A DNA stretch of 64,000 nt from Octopus sinensis (lineage: Eukaryota), in assembly GCF_006345805.1 (NCBI RefSeq), contig NC_043005.1:93124001-93188000 (forward strand). The letters run 5' to 3'. Below, in pieces: positions 38,691-51,705 of the stretch (position 1 is its first letter; the number at the start of each line of letters is the position of its first letter). The notes under the pieces are model-generated. The model made no database searches and was not told the origin of the DNA. It was given only the letters and a program-made list of their open reading frames with translations. The translations under genes and the position numbers were made by a program.

Positions 38691-39762
38691 CCCTTTCGTT
38701 ACTATATTTCTGACCAAATTACACCCCTTATGTGTTTCAATTAATTTCTAACATAATCATAAATTTAGTCTGGTTTCATTAAACAACTATAACTTTTTTA
38801 TTTATCGATATATTAATCTGATTTTTGGAAGATAATTTAATGAAATATTCTCAACCAATTCTATACTATAATTTTTGTCACAAAGTGACTCTATTTGCAG
38901 GTAGATACAGGTAAATTCCACAAAATATAAAATTATTAAAATTTTGTTCAAACATCGCTATAGAAAATATTAGCTAATATTCAATTGGGTATACAACAAA
39001 ATTTTACGATAGAATTTGTTATTCTGGGTAACTTTCTGATACCCATAATAATATTTATGGCAAAATAGGCCTTAATTTCATTTAAGGTTGTGGGAAATAA
39101 CAATCTATCCTTTCTTTCGTTTTGTTTACGTTTAGCGTAACGGTTCGTTTTCGCTGTAATGATTTCAAATAGGCTCATTCGAAAAAGTAAATAGAAATAG
39201 CCTAAGGCTTTACCCTTCTGGGAAAGTCTGTGGCTTGGTCCAGTTTCTGCAGAAAAATCACCGAAAGAAACAGTTTTTCAATTTTCACTCCATTCAGGTG
39301 CCAATTCGTTTTCTTTATCGCTATCGGAGATCTCAGATTCACTGTTTTCACTTTCGGAAAATGAAACATCAAATTCATTATCAAATACCATGTGCTTTTT
39401 TTTTTCAGTCATAGAGTTAGATTTATCAAGGTCTTCAGTAGAAAATCCTTCGAATTCTGACTCGCTGCTTGATATAATGAAATTCGTATCCATTTTTTGT
39501 CAGAATTACAAATTTTGAAAACACAATAGGAACAAATTTCGGAAAAAAATCTCCCAAAATTCACGGAATTAAAATTACACTTCGATCATTGTACAAAACT
39601 GTAGATGAACTGTTTACGAAGTATAATACGTGTTTTCACGAATGTACTGAAGAGATTTGCTCTGATATTCTCATTTAAATATGAATAGGTAAATTCGGGC
39701 GGTTTGGTTTCATAAACCAAAATTTTTTTCAGGCGGCTTTGGGCGGTTTGGTAACGAAAGGG
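38691..39762 (-). mobile_element. Non-autonomous piggyBac element, 1072 bp (copy 1)
   Basis: TTAA at 38687-90 and 39763-66. Perfect 12-bp TIR CCCTTTCGTTAC. Carries an N-terminal transposase fragment (acidic leader; ...TNRYA...PTTLNEIKAYFAINIIMGIRKLP) with no catalytic core. Confidence 0.93.
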
Positions 39763-40199
39763 TTAATTGTAAATTATTGCCTAATTTTTCGTGTTTAATG
39801 ATGGATGTAATTCTATGGCTAAAAATGAGGTATAAATTGAGAAAAATCTAATCTCAACACATTCGAATTTAATGTTTATTGCACAGACCTCAACAAATGG
39901 AAATCACACTTTCATTTTGGTTACTGTGTACAAACTGAACCTTACATCAGTTATTGGCAAATTGTTTGGCACAGTTATCCTCTAGACTCTCGCTTCAAAA
40001 AATCCCTACCAATTTTACAACCATGAGGATTCTGTGAATTGTATTCCCGTGGAAATCTTGCCCGTTCCCTGCTTTCACTCCACCTCTACACTTCACACAT
40101 TCTCTCCTCCAACATTATCCCTATCTTGCTCTGCTACACTCACTATCATACATAATAATAATATCCCCACTTGCTTCAAGCAAACAAGCTGCTAGTCTG

Positions 40200-40345
40200 A
40201 CAATTCTTCTTTCAGTTCCTTCAAACAATCCACCCTACAATTAGCCCTTATCCTCACCAAAATCTTCAAATCAGCCCCTCCTTTTCTGGATATATCTTCA
40301 TCTTTGAAAACACACCACAGTTGCTCTATTCCCCCAAAAATGCCT
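40200..40345 (+). mobile_element. Degenerate LINE RT fragment (L2/Jockey-like)
   Basis: LKQSTLQLALILTKIFKS...CSIPPK resembles LK....LAPILT.IFN.S...V.PIPK. Confidence 0.35.
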
Positions 40346-41449
40346 TCGCTGCCTTAATAATGATATCAGCCAAATATAGTGTAATGCGCCTCCTTACTTG
40401 TGGAGTAACAAACTGAATTATAATATGATAATGATGGTTTCAAATTTCGCCACAGTTTGGGGGGTGGGGGGTATGATAGTTGATTACATCAACCTCTGTA
40501 CTTGACTGGTACTCATTTTATCAGCCCCTAGATGAATGAAAGGCAAAGCTGACCTTGGCAGTATTTGAACTTGAAATGTAAAGAGCCATTTCTTCGGTCT
40601 CTGACATGCCACGAAGCATTTTTGTCCAACAGGCTTAGAATTTGGCCAGCTTGCTGCCTTGCAATAATAATATTATTTACAATAATAAATTTAAAACCAT
40701 GGATTTTGTAGGGGATAATTTCTAAATTTTCTAGAAATAAATAGCAACAATTTTGTGTCAATGTTGGGCTTTAAAATTGTTGCCATCATAATTGTTACCT
40801 TTAATTATTATTAAAAGAACCAATTTCTTTGTTTTAATTTCACATCAGTGCCACTGTTAATATCACAGTTCATCTTCCTCCAATCTCCAATGCCTAATTT
40901 TTCACTACTACCACATGCTTAAAATATTTTCCTAATTTAAATTGAGATTGTTTTTTTTTTAGTTCATGTTTTTATTAAATCACAATTTTTCATATCTCAC
41001 TGCCTCTTTTTCTCTGTTTTTAGTTTTACTCATTTTCTTCAGACTGGAACCTGGACAAATCGTCCAACCCATGCCAGCATGAAAAATGAGTATTAAAGGA
41101 TGATGATGATAAATATATATATATTAATAAGATAGATAGATAGATATTTAGGTAAGTAGATAGAATCCGAAAGTAGAGTAGTATAAACATTTTAAACAGT
41201 GAGACTGTGTATTAAAAAGTAAACTCGACTAGAATTATTATATCTGTAAAAAAAAGAGGTTGTGAATATTATGCTTAAGAAGTGTTAGAAATGAAAAATT
41301 GTTTTGAAAGAACGTAATTGTGAACATTTCGTGTAATCATCAAAATGTGTAGGATGAGAAGTTGTAAGGGACATAACTACCGTATTTTATTTCCCACTTG
41401 GTTGTTTTCCACTCGTGAAGCGAAGAAAGAGTTCTCTTACCTTGGATCT

Positions 41450-41700
41450 TGTTCTCAGTTTCGTGGACGGTGATCAATATTTGTGCCTAATTGCAAGATA
41501 TCGGTCGATGGGAAGATAATCTTTGTTTACGTCCTTTAAATATTGGTATATGTCTGTGCATTCTGGAAGGATTTTTTTTTCTTTAAAATATTTCAATACC
41601 AGCTGAGTGATAAAATCGGCAAGGCCATTAGCGTCAGACAAAATACTAGATAAGTTGTTCAGTTGCGATATTTAGTCACATCCCTTCATAAATCAAGTTT
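41450..41700 (-). mobile_element. Degenerate LINE RT N-terminal fragment
   Basis: Minus strand reads ANGLADFITQLV...IPIFKG...SSHRPIS, resembling the PIFKKG..NYRPIS motif of CR1/L2/Jockey RTs. Confidence 0.4.
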
Positions 41701-44700
41701 AAATCATGTTCTGATTGAATTTACCTTTTTGGTAAAATAGCAATCAAATAAAGACATAATCAAAATGAGCGGCCAATGTTGAATGTGTGATGTTAATGTG
41801 CACGAATGAAGGGAAGAGAAATGAGCTGAGAGAAAAACTGAATATAAGTGGAATCGGATGTGGTGTATGAGAGAGGAGCTTGCAACAAGGGCTCAGATAT
41901 TCAATGCATATGAAGGATGACAGTTGAATAAATATGGTCTAAGTAATCCGAATGGGAGGAACTTGCAGAAGAAGACAAGGGGAAATGGAAGAAGAAATAA
42001 TGGAGGTTGAATCTCACAATGGGGATAACAAAGAACAGCAGCAAATGCCAGGACATTGCTGGGGAAGACTCATTCAACCCATGCAAGCATGGAAAAACAA
42101 CCATAAAATGATAATGATGTGTGTGTGGCCATAGAAAGTAGACATAGGAGCCTGATTCAGTCCACTGTTTGGAAGATGGATGTTAGATGAGGATGGCAGC
42201 GTTGGGAATAATGGTAAATAAAAAGACCAAAGAACTAATAATTAATTGAATAGAGACAATCCCAGCGTCACTAGAGGTTAAAGCCCTTTTTACTCACTAC
42301 AACCTAGGGATTCACTCATTGCAAGCAATACACAAAAAAGTGTTATGGAATCTCTGTTGAAAGGCGAGTGAACCAGGATTTTAAATGTGACAGTTGCACC
42401 CAAGTTGTTTGTTGTTGGACATTTCTGAAATAAAGTCATTAGAAGCAGTGGTCAGATGCTGTTGCCTGAGTGCAAGAGGTGTTTGGTTATGGTTTGCTAA
42501 AGTGATGAAGTAAAAGTAATCAAGGAGGATGTTACCTCCATGACAGCTCTGGAATTTTCTTTAACTTTCAAACCTGTTTAATGGATGTGATATAATATGG
42601 TAATGAGTTGCATGGAAGCAAATGAGATGACTATGTTCTGTTGTCTGGACATTAAATGAATTCACCAAACTATACAGGGGAAACACTTATACTGATGCTG
42701 ACAGTGGAAGGTACCAAAGGCTAAGAAAGACCTTGGACCGATATGGGAAGAAGTGGTGACATTGACTGTCAGGATTCTGGGCCTTTAGTAGGTGATGGTA
42801 ATAGAGATAGAAGTGATGGGTTTCATAGTGGATGCATTTCACCCACCCATAACCAGCATTCAATGTTAAAATGCCACAAATGTTGTACATACATAATGCA
42901 AGCATACATTTACAAATAGCTGGATGCTACTTGGCACTGCCGGAAGAATTGATTCAGTTAAATTGTGCCATGGAATTATTCCTCAACATGAACTCTATTG
43001 TATAAGCGAGAGGGAGGCTTTATCTGTTGTCACATCTTTAACTTCTATAGAAATGATGACATCATACCCTTAACCCATTTACTTTTCTTAAATGTCATCA
43101 GACAGCTCTGCTAATTGTGACTGTCTTTGATTAAAAGCTCAATAAAATAGACCTGCATGTCCAGTTTGTACATAAATAAGTCTAATTTACAGGCAAATGT
43201 AATCCAATTCTACAGAACAATGAGAGAGAGGTGAGCTTTTATAGACATTGCTAGAATTTGCTTGATCAGAAAAATAATTTAAAAAACAAAAATAGATTTT
43301 CTTTTTAAGCATTTCATGAGTGTAGAGGTGACTAATTGGTTAAGAAGTTTGTCTTTCTACCAAATGGTTGTGGGTTCAGTCCCACTCCATGGTACACTGT
43401 GCAAGTCTCTTCAACTGTTCATCCAGATTAACCAGTGCCTTGTGTACCTCAGACCCCCCCCCACCATCTCTTCCACAATTCATTGCCCTCTCTTCTCACT
43501 TTCACTCCTACATCATCTCCTTACTATCTATCTGCTGCTGTTACCTCTTCCTTCCAGAGCCACTTTTGCCCCCCTCCCCCACTATATTTCCCATCAACCA
43601 TACCTCCACCCTTTTCTCATCACTTGCATCTACCCCTTAACCAATCTCTAAGTATTTGTCACTCTCTTCTTACACTCTTCTACGAAATTATCTGTTCTTT
43701 CCTCCTCATCTCATCCAGTCTATATTTTCCCTTATATTCACCTCAAGAGTACAACCTAACACCTAATCACTACCATCTTTACCATCCTTGCAGCTGCTCT
43801 CACCCACTCTTACATAATGTGTAGTAGCCATGTGTCCCCTCTATAGTAAGGCACTTGTGCATCTCCCTCTATCTTATTTCAGCCTCTCAATATCTCACTT
43901 ATTTCAGCCTCTCAATATCTCACTTAAAACCATGTCCCCCGTCTCAAATACACACCCATATGTGTGTGTATTTTCTCATTCATTTGCTCACTTCGCATCC
44001 ACTTTTGCTTTCTAGCCTGGGTTAAACAAATATATTATTGAGAGATTGTTTTATAGCCAGAAGCCTTTTCTGTCACCAGTCATAACCTGTTTGCAAAGTA
44101 GGCTTTGAAGGCATGAAGTGAGTGGATAATTTGGTGACAGAAGTGACAATGTCATTCAAGGCTCACATTTGTAGAGCACAAATGTAAAGAGACACACATG
44201 CTCTGGCGCTTTTCAGTTTCTGTCTACCAATTTCATTAACAAGGTTTTGACTTTCTGCCTGGAACTGTAGCAGAAGACACTTGCAATCTGTGGTTGTGAG
44301 AACTTTATTGACAAAATATCCACTGACTCTGTGTTTGAAGACTTGTGGAGTTAAAATGAAAATATTTTTCTTCGAAAACAGATAACGGTTTGTGACAGAA
44401 AAAGTATTTGACTGTAAAAGAATGCTTCTATGCATGCATAGAAAATTGAGTGTAGAGCAAGTAAATGAAAGAACGAACTTCATAGAAAATAATCTAGAAG
44501 ATTTTAGAACGATGACGATGATGGCGACAATGATGTTATTTTGTAAATAGTTTTGTTTGATAATTTGGAAATATAGAAATTTATAAATTGTCGATGTGAT
44601 TTCAATCCACAATCTGTTTTGATTCTGCAAAAAAAAAAAAAAAAGTTGTACCAAACTTTGTGAAATGATTGAAGAGTGTATGATTAATGTTGTTGCTATT

Positions 44701-44712
44701 GTTGTTGTGTAG

Positions 44713-44821
44713 GTATATATGGAGCAGCAGAAGAAGAAAGAACAGCAGCAACGGATAGAAAAGGAGATGCTGGAGAAGGAGCGTTTAGAAAAAATAAAGA
44801 ATAAGAATAAAGATGAAGAAA
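44713..44821 (+). CDS. HDAC4: HDAC4-like coding exon B
   Basis: AG at 44711-12 and GTAAGT at 44822. 109 nt reading VYMEQQKKKEQQQRIEKEMLEKERLEKIKNKNKDEE + A. Phase 0 in, phase 1 out, so it joins exons A and C in frame. Confidence 0.92.
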
Positions 44822-44890
44822 GTAAGTTCTTCTGCTTTTAATTCTTTCTTTCTCTTTTTTTGAGGTCCTTTCCATAAAGGCTAGTATATT

Positions 44891-44998
44891 ATTATTATTT
44901 TTCAGGTCACTGCCTGGAATCGAACTCGGGCATATAGCATAGAGGTTAAGAGCGCGGGCTCCTAACCCCAAGATTCCAAATTCAATTCCAGGCAGTGA

Positions 44999-45039
<41 letters not shown>

Positions 45040-45178
45040 TTGAAAAATATCTTAGGAACGAGACCCCAGATTCGAAATTTCCCCAAGTCACCTAATGTAG
45101 GTTGGAGGGTGTATCAGCCGAAACGTTGTCAACAACAAACAGGATGAGGACAAATATCCGTCAAATGTAAATAATGTA
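44891..45178 (+). mobile_element. Same tRNA-headed SINE (copy B), preceded by an inverted duplication of its B-box segment
   Basis: gggcatatagcatagaggttaagagcgcgggctcctaacccc...caggcagtgacctg(aat)n...ttcgaaatttccccaag...cagccgaaacgttg...atatccgtcaaatgtaaataatgta. 19-bp perfect inverted repeat at 44902-44920 / 44985-45003. Confidence 0.8.
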
Positions 45179-46510
45179 TATTCATGCAGGCTTTCAAACC
45201 TTAACCCTTTTTATACCAACTCACCTGTAAACACTTCAAGATCTATGATGCAAGTTCCCTTTTTAAAGGGAGGGGGTCTGAATTACTTCAAGATTTCATA
45301 TTAATTTATATTTGAAACTTCTGCTTTAATTATGACAAAATGCATCAATTATAGGTAATTTTAATAAACAAAATTAATTGAAACTAAGGTGCGGATATAG
45401 AGCTTGCTTTCCAACCATGTGGTTTCAGGTTCAGTCCCACTTCAGGGTAGCTTGCGCCACTGTCTTTTACGAAAGTCCCAGATTGACCAAAACCTTGTGA
45501 CTGGATTTGGCAGACAGAAACTGAATGAAGCCCATCGCGCATGTGTGTGTACATGTGTATGCATGTTTGTTTGTACCCTTGTCTTTAGATTATGAGTTGA
45601 TTGTAAATGAGCATCACCATCATACAAGTGGTGTTGCTTGTTGCCAGTCTTCCATAAGAAACATGTCAACCATGGAAAAATGCTGTGTTGCCTGACAACA
45701 GGAAGGGCATCGGCTGAAGAATACCTACCTCAATAAATTCTACCTGACCCATGCAAACAAAAAGAATTGGACATAAAATAAAAATAATAATAATGATGAT
45801 AATAATAATGACGATGATGATGACAATGAAGATGGAGGAGGAGGAGGGGAGAGGAGGAAGGCTGTGTAATAAATATGGTAATGAAAGTGTTAAGCAATTT
45901 ATTTAAAATTTTGATTAACAATGGAGGATCTGAGGTCAACAATTTGGTCCTGTAAAGTTGTGTTTTCTTAGTTGCCTGGGTGACAAGCATCCATAAAGTT
46001 TTTTATGCAACCAGCCCACACACACACACCACAAGATGGTTATATGGTAGACAATGCCAAGCACCATTTCTCATGCATCTGGAATGTTCTGAGAAAAGGA
46101 TTTGGACATGTAGCAGTTGATTGGAATTAAACTGGATTTTTGATCTATAATTAATACATACTTTTTGTTTTAATCTCTTATTGCTAGGCACAGGCATGCT
46201 TGAGTAGTTTGCTTCCCAACCCTGGGGTTTGGTCCCAATGCATGGTACCTTGGGCAAGTGATTAGTTTTTTTCAGTTCAATAGTTTGTAACAAACAGTGT
46301 TTATTATATACATGGATGGTTTGGTTATAAAACCCTGTTTATTTAATAAACCTCATTCATTGACTTTGAGCATAACACTCTGTAGTTAATGTCTTCTATT
46401 ATGGAAGACATTTCAATGAGGATTCTTTAAAATATTTTTATTGATTAGTTACAGTTTGTCTGTTAAGTTAGCTACACTAAAAATATGTTTATAAATCAAA
46501 AATACTTTAA

Positions 46511-46734
46511 CCCATTAAGTTCCAGAGTATTTAAATTTTTGAATATTGCTTTTAAATTTTTACAGATTATTGAAAATAGGTTAAAATGAAAGAAATAATT
46601 ATTAAAAATTCCTTTATTTCAAGTAGAAATGGAAATACTCGATGTCCTATAAATAGGACACTGAGACAATGTGATATAGCTTATTTAATGTTCTCATTTA
46701 GTGTCCTGTTTATAGGACAGTGGGTCTTAATGGG
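46511..46734. mobile_element. Second piggyBac-type MITE (224 bp)
   Basis: TTAA at 46507-10 and 46735-38. Ends CCCATTAAGTTCCA / TGGGTCTTAATGGG (12 of 14 complementary). The internal sequence is unrelated to the 210-bp family. Confidence 0.75.
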
Positions 46735-47085
46735 TTAAAATAACATGTCAAAATCTCTTTTATTTTATTTTCAATATTTACTTTAGCAACTGTTTTTTCA
46801 TTATGAGCATTGATCAGCAGCTGTGATTTTGAAAAGGTTCACTTTCTAACAACATTTACAATATCTTTATGTAGCAGTTTTTGCACAGATTAAAATCATT
46901 GGCATTGAGAGTCAATCAGAATGGTTATCTATAATTATCCAACTGTAATGGTACTGCTGAGAGAATCTTTGTGAAGATAGAAAGGTTTAAAGAGAGAAAG
47001 AATCAATTTTTTAATTTACAAAAGCTGAAACTAGTCATCCCCCCCCCTCTTCATTTTTATATTTTAAACCTTCTTTCACTTCTAG

Positions 47086-47200
47086 GTGCTATAGCTTCTA
47101 CTGAGGTGAAACAAAAGTTACAAGAATTTGTCCTGACAAAGAAACAGAGAGAAGCAGCAGCAAGCAACATGACAAACTCTCCACCACAGTTCCGGCATTG
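47086..47200 (+). CDS. HDAC4: HDAC4-like coding exon C: MEF2-binding motif
   Basis: Polypyrimidine tract with AG at 47084-85 and GTAAGT at 47201. Spliced reading SAIASTEVKQKLQEFVLTKKQREAAASNMTNSPPQFRHW closely matches the vertebrate HDAC4 MEF2-binding motif ([20 protein letters not shown]). Confidence 0.96.
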
Positions 47201-50162
47201 GTAAGTTTTTTCCACATGTAGATTAGATATTGCAAATATTTGAGTGGTTAACATGCTGAATTAGGGACCACTTAGTCATGAGTAAAACGTTTCTGTAACT
47301 CTGTTATTTCCCTAGAGAAACTCCCATAAGTTGGTTTGCTGGACTTACTGGCAAATGTCACTCCTGTTTCATAACCGTATTGTTAGCAGTAGGAAGATCA
47401 AGTATCTATGGATAAAGTTTCCCCAACAGAAATGCCTGTTACTCATGTAAACACAAGTTTGGATGTAGAGTGTTTTGCTAGAACATCGGTTAAGACACAG
47501 TGCTATTACAACCAAGATGTTTGTTATGAATCATTTTAGATTTATTTTATTTTTATATCTGCTTTGTTTGAAAAAAATGAATCTTGAATTTTCAAGAGGT
47601 TTATGGTAGATACTAAACTAGTCGCTTTCTTCATATCTTATTAATTCTTATTTGTTACAAATCAATTTGTAGCCATTTATTGTGCCTACAAACTGACTCT
47701 CCACTCAACATTGCTGTGCTTCCAAGAAAGTGAAGAATATATTCATTGCACAGACTGTGTTACCTCTGAAATTACAGCTGAGCTTCATTGGTTCTTACAA
47801 AAGTGGTCTCTGCTAACTTTTTAGAAACTATTTACCTGCCATTCTTTAATGAAAATGACCCTATAAACATCACATCTACTGATAAAGCCACAATATATAC
47901 TGCCTACCCTGCTTTCTGTTTACCTGCAAACACACTCATTCATAATTGTGCATATAGTTGACAAGTTTACAGACTTTTCTGTGGTTACTTCAGTCTAATG
48001 AAGCAACCACTCTTTAATTGGACTCCATCCTCACTTGCAACTTCTTATTTCTAGATTGTATCTCTATGAAAATACAGCAAAGTATGTCTTGAAGAACGGT
48101 AATCTGTCTGACCGTAACCACCTATCAGCCTATCACTGTAGCTTCCACACCAAGTTGCTCAACCAAACTCACTTAAATCACACCCTCATAAAACAGGAAG
48201 AGCACAAAAAACAGGAAGTGCAAGTTTGGGATGGCTTTGATCGTAGGTCTTCTTTGTCAGGGCTGACCTGGGGCTAAATAGCAATGTTATCTCAAAGTTA
48301 GTGTAACTAATCACAAATAAACACTTGCTTGAATCTTTTTTAAGCCTTCAGTGACCACCACTACATCTTCTGCATAGATCCTAATAATAACCTCCTGCTT
48401 CTGAAAACTTTGCTAGAAGCACTGTTATTGATCTTTTACTATGTTGAACACAAAACCTATCCAACCATGAGCTTTGCCCATTGAACTCTAGTGCAGTACT
48501 CAATCCTTCTCTATCCACTTTCTAATTTAGATAGAAGGCCAGTAATTCTGTGGGGAGGGGTTATGTCAGTGCCACTGATTGCTACTTTATTTTATCAGCC
48601 TCAAAAGGATGAAAGATAGAGTTGGCCTTGGTGGAATAAGAACTGGGAATGTAAAGAGCTGGAACATATACTGCAAAGCATTTTATCTAATATTCTAATT
48701 ATTCAGCCAATTTGCTATCCTAGAATAATAATAATAAGAAGAATTTAGAAATATTTCTCTTTCCATTATTTCCAAAGACTACAGTTTAGAATATGTTTAG
48801 ATACTTTCTGGGTTTTTTTTTGGTTTTTTTCTCTTACTAATTTGATACTCAACAATCCACATGAACACCTGTGTCACTGAACCTTTGAAAGACTGTACCA
48901 CTGAACCTTTGGGTCGTTTGCAGAAGAGCAAACAGGAGCAGAGGAAGAATTAGATATGTGTGAATGTTGAGATTTGAATGAATCAATAATGTGAGCTGGT
49001 TCGTGAATGATAATAGCTGGTACTAACATTCTTTTAGAGTTGATGGAAGGCTGAAAAATCTTTTGAATAAAATAATTTGAACAGGAAAATGCAGAATAAA
49101 TTAAGAGAAAAAGAAAACTTGTTTGCTAAGATGGATGTGAGTGAGATGTGAATTCTGCAAGTTGCATCATTTAAGAGGTTGTGACTTTCAGTAAGAATTT
49201 ATATGGTAGAAAGTCTTTAGTTTTTCCTCACATGAAACAATCTTTGATTGCTGGCGGTAATATAAAATGCATCTTTTATAATCTGTAATGGTTGATATGT
49301 GAACTTTGCAAGCAACATCATAGGCTACTCATGTGAGAAGGAGTGTAACTATGAAGAAGAACTGGTACAAGAGGGAGAGAAACTTTTAGTTCTTACATTA
49401 GACAACCTCTCATCATAGAACACATCCAGTCCACATGGTGAAACTTGGACAACAATAAGGTTGACCAGTTTTCTTTGTCATTGTTATACAGAAGACAATG
49501 GAATGTGACAACCAATGTCACCAGAGGGAGAACAGCCTAAACCAATGCTGATGTAAGCATTTGGCTCTGACTGTATTTTCAACTAAGGCTGAAACATCAT
49601 CATCCTCGTCGTCGTTTAACGTTCGCTTTCCATGCTGGCATGGGTTGCACGGTTTGACTAAGGACTGGTGAGCCAGTTGGCTGCACCAGGCTCCAATCTG
49701 ATCAGGCAAACATTTATAATAATATTCCACATTTCATTGTTTACATGAGTTAAAGGATAATTTTAAGTATTGAAACTGCTAAGGGATTAGGCGTTGGTGT
49801 TTGAATGCACATCATATCAGACACCCAGCTTTGTCCTCTGCAGAAGACAGCTTCTGTATGCTATATCTTTTTCATACCATCCTTCTGAGAGCATCCCTAT
49901 TTTTATGACACAAACTTTCTTCTTTTAAAGTAACCTAAATTTTGAGTTAATGTATGTCCCAGTTGCTTAATAATGGCAGTTATTTTCCTACATTCTCCAG
50001 TGATTACCAGCAGAAATATGGTAATAAGAGGGTTAAGTGAGGTATTTCGGTTTAGTTGACTCAATTTCCTTGAATAAAACTCCCTACAAATTCAACCAAC
50101 GAATTACATAGGATTCTCTACCATTTCAACTGATGATCAAATTTTAGTTCTCATCCAGTTAA

Positions 50163-51242
50163 CCCTTTCATTACGAAACCGCCCAAAGCCGCCCGAAAAA
50201 AATTTTGGTTTATGAGACCAAACCGCCCAAACCCGCCCATATTTACCTATTCATATTTAAATGAGAATATCAGAGCAAATCTCTTTAGTACATTCGTGAA
50301 AACACGTGATTATACTTCGTAAACAGTTCATCTACAGTTTTGTACAATGATCGAAGTGTAATTTTAATTCCGTGAATTTTGGGAGATTTTTTTCCGAAAT
50401 TTGTTCCTATTGTGTTTTCAAAATTTGTAATTCTGACAAAAAATGGATACGAATTTCATTATATCAAGCAGCGAGTCAGAATTCGAAGGATTTTCTACTG
50501 AAGACCTTGATAAATCTAACTCTATGACTGAAAAAAAAAAAAGCACGTGGTATTTGATAATGAATCTGATGTTTCATTTTCCGAAAGTGAAAACAGTGAA
50601 TCCGAGAGCTCCGACAGCGATAAAGAAAATGAATTGGCACCTGAATGGAGTGAAAATTGAAAAACTGTTTCTTTCGGTGATTTTTCTGAAGAAACTGGAC
50701 CAAGCCACAGACTTTCCCAGGAGAGTAAAGCCTTAGACTATTTCTTTTTACTTTTTCGAATGAGCCTATTTGAAATCATTACGGCGGAAACGAACCGTTA
50801 CGCTAAATGTAAACAAAGCAAAAGAAAGGATAGTTAGTGGTTTCCCACAACCTTAAATGAAATTAAGACTATTTTGCCATAAATATTATTATGGGTATCA
50901 GAAAGTTACCCAGAATAACAAATTCAATCGTAAAATTTTGTTGTATACCCAATTGAATATTAGCTAATAACCCATTTTCTATAGCGATGTTTGAACAAAA
51001 TTTTAATAATTTTATATTTTGTTGAATTTACCTGTATCTACCTGCAATTAGAGTCACTTTGTGACAAAAATTATAGTATAGAATTGGTTGAGAACATTTC
51101 ATTAAATTATCTTCCAAAATTCACGTTAATATATTGATAAATAAAAAAGTTATCGTTGTTTAATGAAACCAGACTAAATTTATGATTACGTTAGAAATTA
51201 ATTGAAACACATAAGGGGTGTATTTTGGTCAGAAATATAGGG
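50163..51242 (+). mobile_element. Non-autonomous piggyBac element (copy 2; right TIR partly deleted)
   Basis: TTAA at 50159-62 and 51243-46. Near-identical to copy 1. The right end reads agaaatatagGG|TTAA, lacking 9 nt (taacgaaag) of the TIR. Confidence 0.92.
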
Positions 51243-51586
51243 TTAATAAGATAAGTGAGATAAAATAAAAAAATTTTTTTAAAAACTTAAAATAGTTGTT
51301 TTTTCATAAAATTGATAAGGAGTCCAATGAACTTTCCACCAGGAATGGAAAGTCCAATATTTCAGATGGAATCCTTCAGGAAAAAGTTGACTATACTCTT
51401 TGATTTTACTGACTGCAATGTCCTGTTGATGCAGACCAATACAAGTCACTTTGGAGTCTGCTTCAGCTTATAAGATGTCATCCACTCTGAGTTTTTGTGC
51501 CTGTAAAAAAGAATAAAAGCTTAAAATCATTGTTGAGTAACAATCAGTTTTATTTTCTTTAATGCATGTTTCTCTTTAATATTTAG

Positions 51587-51705
51587 GGTGGGTCACCCAG
51601 GGTCAGTCGAACAGAATTCTCCTCCACAAAGTGGTTTGTCACCACCCTATGGTCCATCACCTCTACTCGGGAAATATGAAGATGATTTTCCATTACGTAA
51701 AACAG
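51587..51705 (+). CDS. HDAC4: HDAC4-like coding exon D: ends at RKT of the first 14-3-3 site
   Basis: AG at 51585-86 and GTAAG at 51706. 119 nt reading (W)[39 protein letters not shown] + G. SPPQSG and DDFPLRKT(A) are conserved class IIa HDAC motifs. I did not find the next exon (ASEPNLK) in the window. Confidence 0.95.

Noticed and set aside
47201-47204. Intron retention gives W-stop immediately after the MEF2-binding exon, resembling an HDAC4 N-terminal fragment
   Set aside because: Any phase-2 GTAA donor preceded by two bases creates NNG-TAA, so this is generic. I saw no nearby poly-A signal.
48035-48277. 80-aa ORF with an acceptor-like site at 48053-54 and two CAGGAAG motifs
   Set aside because: Splicing from exon C would create an immediate TGA. 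There is no homology, and such acceptors are common in AT-rich introns.
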